DNA of 64,000 bases, from the NCBI RefSeq assembly GCF_009914755.1, contig NC_060937.1. One strand, written 5' to 3'. The position numbers and the translations under genes are program-made. This DNA is from the human T2T-CHM13v2.0 reference genome, Homo sapiens. Of the stretch, positions 32,786-45,765 are shown piece after piece. The stretch's first letter is position 1; each line of letters starts with the position of its first letter. The notes under the pieces are model-generated. The model was not told the origin of the DNA. It was given only the letters and a program-made list of their open reading frames with translations, and did no database searches.

Positions 32786-34475
32786 ATCTTCGGTGGCAGG
32801 ATACTGAGTCCTGTACCCAGAGACTGTTTATATACAGAGTAGTGCTAACGTGTTGTTCTAATCAGTACATAGGAGGAAATGGACACTTCGGTTAAGGAAA
32901 GTAAAACTGAGATTCCTTATATTTGACAATAAAATAGAATCTCCATGTGGCAGGGGATAACTGCCCCCAAGATCCATTCTCTATCCTGCGCCAATTGTTG
33001 CCCTATATTCTGGCCTAATTACCTGTTAGTACTCCCTCAGGCCAACTATGGGCCCAGACCCTAGTGTATAGTAACCCTCACTAAATTGAGTGCAGCATTT
33101 AAGGAAGACTTGGCAAAGGTGAATGTGTTACTCACAGAAACAAACCTAGAGGGAGATGAGTCTTGAGTGTGACTTGCAGGTAGAGCTATATATAAGACCC
33201 TACTTCACAAATAATGCCTAGTTCTGAATCTGTATCCGGTGGAATGTTTCAGAACATGAGATTTGGAGCCAGACGCACTTGGCCCTGATAACACAGACAC
33301 CTTGGTGAACCACGTGTTGTCATGTTTGGGGGGTTGAATCTTGGTTTAGCTATTGCCTAGCTATGTGAGCCTGGGCCAGTCAACACCTTCTTCGAGAGCG
33401 TTTCCACCTCTGTAAGTTGGTGCTCATCTAGCAGATTTGTTTAAAGGTCAATTGCCTGACATATATTAATTACCAGGTTGGATGCCAATAATTTCTTGTT
33501 GGGGACATCATATTCTATTCATTCAGGAATGGTGTGGCTATTATCTCAAACTCTGCCAAACACACGTACTGGTTCTCCTCTCCAGTGTACTATTTTATTT
33601 AATATTTGTGGAGTACTTACCTGAGCTGGTTCAGTTAGGAAAACAGACAGTAAACACAAGAACTAGATAACTTCAGATTATAATAAGGGCTGTTAAAATA
33701 AACAGGAGACATAAGGAAAAGTTGGGATAGGGTAGGGGAAGACCAACGGGCAACTCACTGTGGAAGTGATGATTGTGTTAAGGTGTGAGAAACGGGAGGT
33801 AGAGCAGGGTGGGAGGAAGATACCAGGCAGAGAAGACAGCAAGGGCAGAGGACAGCTATGCTACCCTCTAGTCCTAGGGTAGCACAGCTGAAACTCCCCA
33901 AACATGACAACCCCATGGTTCAGCAAGGCGTGTGTGTCATGGGGGAAGAGTAGATTATTTCCTCATAAATCTTTCATTTTATAGTTATCAAAGTGCCCTC
34001 CATAAATGTATTGCCTGCTCCCTTCTTATCTTGAAGTATGGTACAGATCACTAAGATTCCTGTTTCCCTGGACTTGGAAGGAAGGCACAATAGGGTGAGC
34101 GAGGTGCCACACAAGTTATTAGAAACTGCTGGGGAGAGAGGGCTCTTGTTTGCCCTAGAGAATTCAAGGGAACTCAATTATGTTATTGTAGAGCTTTTCT
34201 GAAGGTGTAATTGAAATATTCAGGTGTAACATCATAGGATATGCAGGTAAGATTTGTCTCATTAAAATAACACCTTTAAACTTACTAAAGGTTTTAAATG
34301 TCTTAGTCAATTAAAACAATGCATTAGTGTTACACTGCAGACAGGGATTATCTCCATAATATTGTGTGGAGTGCTCATACAGTGTTAGAGAAATGAACTA
34401 AAGTGAAATGAAATTAAAGCAGAATATAAAGACCATGAGAGTAATAACAGTGGTAACTTGAGGCCCAATATATAA

Positions 34476-34755
34476 TTTTTTTTTTGAGACAGGGTCTCAC
34501 TCTGTTGCCCAGTCTGGAGTGCAGTGGTGCGATCTTGGCTTACCGCAACCTCCACGGCTCAGGTGATCCTCCCACCTCAGCCTCCTGAGTAGCTGGGACC
34601 ACAGGCATGCATCACCACACTCGACTAATTTTTTTTGTCCTTTTTGTAGAGGTGGGGTTTTGCCACATTGCACCAGCTGTTCTCCTGGACTCAAGTGATC
34701 CACCTGCCCTAGCCTCTCAAAGTGCTGGGATTACAGGCGTGAGCCACCTGGCACC
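34476..34755 (-). mobile_element. AluJb-like
   Basis: Antisense Alu, TSD similar to caatatataatttt. Confidence 0.88.
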
Positions 34756-35010
34756 AATATATATAATTTTAAGTTAAAACTTTTTTGTGTATTTTTACAT
34801 TTTTGAGGCATGTAAATATATTACCTGTGCATTTTTTTATTTGTACGCCTTATGTATTTTTTCACTTTTGAAAAACTAAACTTGAATGCCTATCTTCTTC
34901 AACCCATGTTTGTATTTCTTTGACATACTTGACTCCTACTCGATGATGTGATACTATTTTAGAAGTATGGTTGGGCAGAAAGGGGGAGGCATGAAAGAGA
35001 TGCAGAAGTC

Positions 35011-35533
35011 ATGTGTTTAAAAATGTACCTGGGATTCGTTTTAATCGAGTATGGTAAGACCTGCAGACACAGAAAGGAGCATCATCAAGAAGTTTGTACT
35101 CACAGTTCCCTAGAAACAGGAGGCTGGCACACCACCCAGGGCCACACATAGAAGCTCCAGGTGGCTTAGGAAGCGTGGACAGTGGCCTTCCCTCTGGTTT
35201 CCATGAGAAGGGCAAGGCGGGATGAGCAGGTTTAGAATTGGCTGATATGGATAATTTCAGTGAGCTCTGGACATAAGGGCTGCTCTGGTTGTCTGGCATC
35301 TGGCTCTGGAATGATCAGGGCAGGCTTGATGAGTGAGAGTTTCCTAAGGGAGGCAGCTGGGAGGCACAGCACAGACTGGATTGTTTGGTTTGCATGTGAA
35401 AGACATATTCCCTGGCAAGTTGTTTGCTATTTCTAGGAATTAGCCCTAGAAGGGGCAATCCCCTCCCAGGGTCAGTGAAGCCCCAGGGGCCAGAGCGTTA
35501 GGGTACAGAAAATAAGAAAACATAGTTATTACA
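35011..35533 (-). mobile_element. ERVL LTR of the MER54/MER74 group
   Basis: Reverse complement begins TGTAATAACTATGTTTTCTTATTTTCTGTA...CTAATTCCTAGAAATAGCAAACAACTTGCC...ATGCAAACCAAACAATCCAG. Confidence 0.7.
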
Positions 35534-38338
35534 CTATAATATGTTATGGGAAGTCTTCTGTTATTTATAATCAAATGGAGACAAGACACACATCCATGGT
35601 TAACTTGTAATGGAAGGTAGCATAAAGCTCAATGCTGAAGGGCGAGGTAATTTTCCCAGACTTCAGGGAAGGGAGCGTTTGTCCTCTGGGACTCTGAGGA
35701 GATGTCTTAGTGGATGGTAGAACAGTCCAGATTTTCCAGAAAGGAGTAGGACTAGAAGAAAGGAGGGTGAGTTCAGGACACAGAAAGACATGCGTGTCTG
35801 AAGCAGAGGTTTGCACTGGAGGGGGAGCAACCATTGGAAAGACATGCGTGGAAGCAAATGTTGAACCCTTTAATTACAGGCTGGGGAGCTCAAGAAAGGC
35901 ATTGTGAATTTATTAACAATGCAAGTTCAGATCCCATACCGTGGCTTCACTTCCTAACTCTGTTAGTTAGAAAGCAACCCTCTGAAGTAATGTCAAGTGC
36001 CTCAAAAATAAATTCTCAAATGCTGGCTATGATTTGGATCACGGGGTGTTTTTAAACATGCTGTGTGGCATGTCAGACAGCAGTCATGTGTCATTGTGGA
36101 TAGATTCAGGCAATTAGGAGGTGTGGTGTGGTGAGGATTTCCAATAAGCCATGATGGCACTGGCAATGAAAAAGGAGAAATAAACGGGAGCTATTTGGCT
36201 ACATAGTTTAATTCAGATAAATCCTCATTGAGCCTCATTATAACCTCATCATCATGTCATTGGGAAAATGAATTTACTGTCAAGTATTGAAGCTTAGAAT
36301 GCTGCCAGTGGGCGTGTGTTCGTTTTTCTGTGGAGGGTGTCCCTTATTGTCATCTAATTCCCACAGGGGACTAGAACCCAATGAAAGTGATTCAGAATCT
36401 GGGGTAGGGCAGACAGGAATGTGAAGCATGCCTCTGTCACTTGCTTTTTGGGTGATACAGGGCAAGTTAACTTTTTAAGCTGCTAATAGTAAGCTACAAA
36501 TAGTAACTGCTATGATAATATTCAGAAGAACAGTGGTAGCGGGTGGATCCTCTACCTAGAACACTGACGAATTCACTCCTACTTGTCCTTTGGACTCAGA
36601 TGTGACTGTGTGTGCGTGTCGTATCACCTGCTTGTTATGGCTGTTGTACTTGGCACTGCACGATGTCATGGCCTGTGTGCCATGCTCTAGACTCACACAC
36701 CTGGAGGCTGGCATTGTGTGGGTTCTGGTTTCTAGTACAATTGTGTGTAGGTATAGTGGGTGTTTCATGGATGTTGTTTTGCTATGCATTTTAAGAGGCA
36801 TTGTCAAACCTGAGTGGTGGTTTTGTTTATTAGCTTGAGAAGAGACCAGTTGGGGAAGACTTGACCAAACTTTTGGGCATTGAGAGCTGTCCAGCCGAGA
36901 GTGCTGTCATGGAGGTGTCCAAGCGGGGGCAGAATGTCCAGGACTAGGCGGGTGGGATCAGTGTGCTGCCTGGGCGGAAACGCCTCTCTGATATTGGGTC
37001 TAGAAGAGACACGAGCTGCCACCTGGCTTCACTCCTCACCCCTCACTGTATAGTTCAAACAGGGACTTACGCAAAGTTGTGTGATGAGTTGGTGACTGCT
37101 GGTTGCCCTGTGCAGCATCGAGACCGAGTCCAAGGCTCCTTCTGTGGAAATGGGTACTGGTTGAGAAGAAATCAATGACATACGCAAACAGAGTAGCCTA
37201 TTAGAGAGCCGAATGAAAAGGGAAGTAACCCTACTGTTTGTGAGGTTGGAAAGGGTGGTCGGCATGCTGACAAGTAATGACGCCATGAAGCAGCGTTCAT
37301 ACAGAACTTTCCAGCTGCAGGAGTTGTGCTGAGATGGGAATTTGCGTTCTAGGTGAGACGCTTGGCACTGGTGCTACCCTTGGGCATTTGGAGGATCCAA
37401 ATCCACAAGAACTCAGCCTCCATTTGCACATGGGGCCAGGACAAGACCTCATGTGCTCAGTAGAAAGAAATAACTCCCTCTTGGAAGGAGTAAGATGTTG
37501 GAAAAATAATTAAACACTCTGTATATTTTCTCTTGTGGATCTTTCAGAGTTTGATTAGGTGCCATAACTCTGATGCTGAAAAGGATAGTCATACAGTCAA
37601 TTGTGAAGAAAATTAAGGTCCTCGGGTTAAAAAAACAAGCCACAGGATAAAGCCTGAATCCTTAATGGCAAGTTTGGTGTGGCATGTGACTCTGAGCCTG
37701 TTGCCGGCATTTGGTAGGTAGAGGCATAAAGATGTGTGTGCGCACACACTGGGTGCAAGATAGCAGCTCAGAGCCAAACAAGGTATGTAGATCTTTAAAA
37801 AAAACTTCTCCAGTAGGATTTGGAGATTGTCCTTTGCTAATGGTTATCCAAATGTTTACAAGCACTGTGAAGTAACATTCTATGTCTGAACTCCTCGAGC
37901 TGCAAGAGGTGATTCTGTCATGCGCATGGGTATGCAATGCACTGGAGAGCATGTTGGAAGGAATCCAGTGGTGGATTGCAGTCCACTTCCCTCTGCCTCA
38001 CTCCAGTGGAAAGTTGCTCATTGGTATTTTTGTGCTCCACTACCCTGCTACCTCAGTCCAGTTTTGCATTGAATACCGTCAGTATTCAGTATTGTCTATA
38101 TAAATGGTATGAGGATTAGATATTATATTGATAGAATTATTTGTGGATTGGTAATTGGTATAAGATTTTGAAGAGATAGAACTGATTGGTATCCTATTAT
38201 TTTAAAATCCTTTTTCATCTAACATCTATTTCGTATGTTTTTTTCAGAAGTTGTGGTTAGAAGATTATTTATTGAGAATAATTTTTAAAAATCTTTCCTT
38301 TCCTTTTTTTTTTTTTTTTTTTAAAAAGTATACAGTGC

Positions 38339-38643
<305 letters not shown>

Positions 38644-40591
38644 AAAAAGTATACAGTGCTCAGACAGAGTCACTTTATAGTGTGATGGGAAAGGTCACAT
38701 GTAATAATCTATGGTCCTCTTGCTAGTAAGTGCATGCCCCTAAACCAGGCTATTGTTCTCATTACTTCTAAATCTTTGCTTGGGTCAGTGGGCTTGAGGC
38801 CATCGGACGCTATTAACTTCGGTTTGTATTCTCAGAATTGTATTTTTTTAGTGAGAATTTACAGTTATTGTTTAGTTGTTGGGGAAATTACTGCTCTTAC
38901 CCATCTTCCTCTTTCTTATGTGAGATATCTTGATAGCAATCACTTTACCAAAAATAGTGTATGTGTTGGTTTTAGAATTATTGGATTGAATGGGTCTGAA
39001 ATTGCTTTGACTCCAGTCTCAAGTTTGCTGATGATAAAACTTCTATTAGATTTGTTAAGTAGGATTTGTTTTTTCGGCGGGGCGGGGGGGGGTGGTGGTC
39101 ACAACTCATTGGAAATGCCTGTTAATCAGTCTCTCTCTCTCTCTCAAGAGATCTATTGACATATACCCTTCATTCTTCCAGTTTCTTTTCTCAAAACCAC
39201 ATAAACCCCCTTGATTTATTTTTCCTTTTATAAGACCATTATTTTCTTTCTTGCTTTTCATATAACCTTAATGTCTGATATTAGTTTTAAAGTCTGATTA
39301 GTAAAATCATTTTGTGTTTTACAACTGTTATACGTGTTAAAGTCACCTTCACACGTATAATTTAACCTCGTAGACTTCTTAAAACACAACCTGATATAAG
39401 TGCCTTCACTTTTTATCACATCCTCAGCCCTTTATATTTTTTGTTCTCAGTGTATCTGACCTAGAGACTCTATCTCTCTAGAGATATTATAGTTCCAAAT
39501 CTGTATCCAGAAAGACGTACACATCCCTGTTTCGCTCCGCAGGTCTGGACATTACCAGGAGAGCCTGCTCACTTATTTCCCTTTCAAAACTGTTGCCAAC
39601 TGGCTAGCATGTTGATGGCTCTACATAACTTATTATTATTATATACAATATATGCTATATCATATTCTATGATAATATCAAATATCATTAACAAGGTATT
39701 ATTAATATCCGACATATTCTTGCCTTCCTTTATATTCTCCTATACAGGCATTCTTTCTTGCTCTAGAATTATAAATTAACTGCAACTTCACAAGACCCGC
39801 GATAGAGAAAGGAAAATGATGGCCTCCACTGCAGAGTGTAGAGCTAGAGGTGTGGAAAGGTCAAGCAGCTTCTCCAAGCTGACGCTGGGATTACAAACCA
39901 GCTTTCTGTGTTCCCGACCAGGCTTTGGTTATTCTGAGGAAATTGGATCTAACAAGTGTTTGGTTACAGCTTCCTATAAAGGACAGTTACGTTTAGCTTT
40001 GTTGAAAATCCAATTTTATATTTCTCCTAGATAATACCGAATGATGAGAGAGCTCTTCCGCTCTCCCTGCTGAAAGTTGTTGATTTTCTAATTGAGCAGG
40101 GCTCATTTGAGGGGAGCTGACAGATTTTTAGCTCCTGATTCTAGGTCATTTCTATGGATGCTATAATGGGTACATGCTTTTTTTGTCATGCCTCAGACAC
40201 AAACCATTAATATTTCTGCTCTTTCCTATTTATGCAAGGTATAGAGTAGTCCCAGTTTGACTCCCTTACAAAGGTGGATTGGGGCCAAATGTACCATCTG
40301 GCTGGCCTCCAATATGGAAACCAGGAGGCCACGTCTTGGACATTTGCGTATTTCAGAAAAAGTCATCAAGGCAGATATTGCCCACCAGTTTTGTTCCAGA
40401 TGTACCCAGTTGGAAACCCTTGAAACCAGAAACATTCATGAGATAGAGTTCTGGCCAATGAGACAGGAGCTGAGGGCATCTGAGGAAGCCCCACTTCCCG
40501 GATCGAGGTGCCCAGTTCTCTGTTTCTCCTCGTGTGGAACACGGCTGTGGATCTGAAGAGGAGCAGCATCTGTGACACTGTGACACTATAA

Positions 40592-40635
40592 TCCCAAAGG
40601 GCTGGGATTATAGGTGTGAGCCACCATGCCTGGCC
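40592..40635 (-). mobile_element. Alu 5'-end remnant (~45 bp)
   Basis: cccaaagggctgggattataggtgtgagccaccatgcctggcc with the rest of the Alu absent. Confidence 0.8.
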
Positions 40636-40797
40636 TGAAGGTTATTTTATACAATATTTTAAATAATTTTGTACATGAAACAAAGTTTGTGTACATTGAA
40701 CCATCAGAAAGCAGAGGTGTCATGTCAGTGCTCAGAAAGGTTTGGATTTTAGAGCATTTCAAATTTCAGATTTTCGGATTAGGGATATTTAACCTGT
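40636..40797. mobile_element. Tigger4/MER46-type DNA transposon end
   Basis: catgaaacaaagtttgtgtacattgaaccatcagaaagc...ttttcggattagggatatttaacctg terminal motif. Confidence 0.7.
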
Positions 40798-41056
40798 GTG
40801 TGTATATATACAGTACAGTACATATATATATATATATATATATCTTATTTTACATATAAAACTTATAAATAAGAAACTAAATATGTGTGTGTATATCTGT
40901 ATATCTGTGTATCTCTATATAAATTTTGGTAAGGAATAATACTGTGTAGAGGGAGATATTACCTTACCAAGAGTCAGAACATGTATAAAACTACTGTAAA
41001 TCAGTTGGTTGGGAATTGACATAGAACTAAATACATGCCAATATATTGAAGAGTGA

Positions 41057-42560
<1,504 letters not shown>

Positions 42561-42620
42561 TTATTAAAATAACCATGTGTAAATCACTTACATATTTGTA
42601 TTAGATGATGCATATATCCA

Positions 42621-43604
42621 CAGAAGCAGATTTTCTGGGAGCTAATGGTATTTACGCTTCAGAATGTCTGCCCCAGGGCCCCAGGGGGGACCTTACCAAT
42701 GTAGACATGGCCAATTATTTTTGCATAATTTAATAGACTTGAGCCTTGCTTGGGGTAAGAACACAGTGTCTTTTCACCCAAACTTCCCCCTTCTCATCCT
42801 TCTTCTGTTAGGAGACATGTTTTGGGGACCTGGGTAAGGGAAAGTTGAGTTAGAAATAACATTTCGTTGGGTTTAGAGTTGTATTTACATGGTGTGCAGT
42901 CACTTTTGTGAACAGGTAAATTTTTAGCTCTCCCAGCATAGAAATAAGGACCAGAAATATTCTTCCTGGCCACCTCTGCATCTGAGGTTATGATATGGTG
43001 TAGCATTTCTAGAAGTATCAAAATATCAGTGTGGTATATTATGCTTGAAGTATGTGAGTCATATTGGAGAGACAGTGTTTGAAATGTGTGGAGCCAGAAG
43101 CTAGATTTTAAGTTTCACTTACAAAGGAAATTTCATGGCAATTCCTCTAAATTTGACAACCATCATAAAAATTTACATGACATATATTGATAAGTTGTGG
43201 AGCTGAAAGAAGCTTTACCAAAAGATCAATTAAAAATAATTGATCAATTATTGCTAGAGGAAAAATGAATTATCTGTTCTTTCTATACAAACTATTTACA
43301 AAATTTTCTAAGAAACTACCCACACAAATAAAATTAAAAATATGGAGGGGAAAGTATTATGGACTATTAATATTAATATTATAGTATTTAATAAAAATAG
43401 TATGTTTTCCGGATAACGTGATGTATTTTTCAGCCTTCATGAATGTGTAATATGTTGTGTTTTTTTCATTATAAGTAAACTTCACTTCTGTGCCCAATTT
43501 TGTTTTCGTAATACTGTATTTTTCTTAAAGCAAGATTCCCAAATTGTATACATGTTGTATACAAATTGCATCCAGTCTCCACAAAATTTAATATTCTCCT
43601 TCTG
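42621..43604 (+). mobile_element. Zaphod-like hAT-Tip100 DNA transposon fossil
   Basis: Start resembles the Zaphod terminus (cagaagcagattt...gagctaatgg...gcttcag). Remnant of the hAT dimerisation motif at ~43194-43225 (agttgtggagctgaaagaagcttt = SCGAERSF). Confidence 0.6.
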
Positions 43605-43872
43605 TGATTTCTGGGTAAACTAATGAGTAAATTAAATGAAAAGATGACTAAACATTTTAGAATTACTTAGGAATGAATACCAGTACATTGTGTTTTTATT
43701 TTAAATGGATATAAGTGAATATGCAAGAACCAAATGCAATAAGGCTATTACAGTTCTTCCTTAAACATCAGTTCTCTGAGGATTATTATTAGATAATTGA
43801 TGAAGAACTTGAACTTCATCTGGCGCACGCCCCAAATGTTTACTTTGCAGAAAACACTGCTATGCTGGCTGG

Positions 43873-43886
43873 CCAGTAGAGGGCAC
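43873..43886 (+). promoter_or_regulatory. Candidate CTCF binding site
   Basis: CCAGTAGAGGGCAC is an exact match to CCASYAGRKGGCRS and is preceded by tgg. Confidence 0.55.
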
Positions 43887-44048
43887 TGTGCTGTTGGTCT
43901 GAGTTGTACAATGAGCGTTCAACCTGCAAGGCGTGGACAGGTGGTTAAGATAATAAATATTTTATGTGACCAGCCTAGAGCTCACAGTACAAGACAAGAA
44001 ATTTCTTTCTCTCTCTGACTCCCTGCCTTTGTCTGTTCCCGTCTGTCT

Positions 44049-44051
<3 letters not shown>

Positions 44052-44096
<45 letters not shown>
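44052..44096. repeat. (CA)n microsatellite
   Basis: About 22 CA units. Confidence 0.95.
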
Positions 44097-44099
<3 letters not shown>

Positions 44100-45765
44100 T
44101 GTTGAAATAAATGGATGGATTACAGATTGTACACTTTGGGTAGACATGAATAGAGAAAATCTTGTTAGAGAAGATGACCCCTTGGGCTATTGGCTCAGAA
44201 AAGGAGAAGGATGTGGTTTGATGAAAAGAAGAAAGAAAGATGTTCTAGGAATTTGGCAGAGGATGAAAGGAAGCAAGAGAACTTAATAAGAGCAAATACG
44301 TTTTAGAATAAAGTGATTTCCATTTAAAGGGGAAGAACTGGACTCTTCGATTTCCCTGTGGGGTGAGTTTTAGGGTAAAGACTCCTGTGCTGAAAGCCAG
44401 CCTGCTCATCTCAAAGGAATACATACAAATGTTGCACTCTGAGTGCTGTACTCATGTTTGTTTCTTGTTAGACTCTTATGGGGCAGATGACAGTTTCCCC
44501 TTCTTTTATCCATGATCTAGGTGTCAATTGCCGCTGGCAAAAGGAAGTGATAGTGGGGAGTGATATCAGATATGAGTAGTTACTAGCTCTTTTGTGGTGG
44601 AAGCAGTATAGAAACAAACTGGGTCTTTAGTCTGATTTCATGTTCTAAAAAAAAGCTCCTTATGTATGACCAGTCCTAAACTTAGCTAAAATAATCAGCT
44701 GTCCCTTGACAGTTATATCTGGATACTACTTTTTTATATTAAAGTATTATTAAAACAACACATGTAGGTAGCTAAAAGTTGAAAGAGTTTAGAAGTGCTT
44801 ATCATGAAAATCAATAATCTCCTGCCCTCTCTCCCATCCCAGTCCTGTTCCACCAAAGGCAACCACTTTGAACTCTTTGTGTTTTTAATTCTTTGGAGGT
44901 TTCTACCATATTTCAAAATTAAGTTTAGAAATGTGGTTTTCTCTACATTGTGAAATACAGTTTAGAAATGATCTCTCTGAACTCTCTTATAGATGCAGAT
45001 TTCAGTTAATTACCTCAGGTCCAAGTAGTGAGGCAGTGTATCATGTTTGCCTCTTTTCTAGTATAACTTGCTTTTCCTGCCTTGTTCTTCTCCTTAAACA
45101 ATTTTTTTTGCATTTTAATTTTTATCTTTTCCATCAGATCAATACACATTTATATTATAACCTCTCTATATATTTTAAAATAAATATCCCAGAATAATCT
45201 CTTGGTTTTACCCCTTCCCCTCCACACCTCGCCATCTTCTTGCCAGATAAACTGGCTGCCCTGTAGATGTGTTGCTGTAAAGTGGTCATCCCAGAACTTT
45301 CTCACTGCTTTCTTGAGTTGTATTCCCTGATATTTAGACACTGTCAGGGAGTGGGGTGGGGGGTTGCTTTCTTGATTACTGTTTTGTATTGTTGAAGAAC
45401 ATCTTGCAGTAAGAGGCTTCCTAGAAAAGCTTATGTGAAAAGTAGATGTGAGTGTCTGATAGCTTGGCTGGGTATAGAAATCTAAAGTGTCAGTTTAGAG
45501 GTCTGTGTTGCTATTAAGAGGCTCAATTTCATCTTCATTTTTTTTCTTCTTATAAATAGGCTCTTTTTAATATCTTTATGGTTTAGAAATAGCATTCTAT
45601 AATGAAAAATATTTAGTATTCTATAATGAAAAATTTTGGTATGTGTCTCATTGTTGTGGGTACTTCGTGTACCCTTTCAATCAGAAATCTTTGTTCTTAG
45701 AGTTCTAGCAACTTCTTCTGTATAACTTGTTAATATTATCTTTCTCTGGTTTCTGTGGAACTCTT

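Noticed and set aside
37734-37749. 16-bp palindrome gtgtgtgcgcacacac
   Set aside because: Simple (GT)/(CA) juxtaposition, common in mammalian DNA.
39328-39360. 10-bp-arm inverted repeat ttatacgtgt...acacgtataa
   Set aside because: Short enough to be expected by chance in a 64-kb window, with no supporting context.
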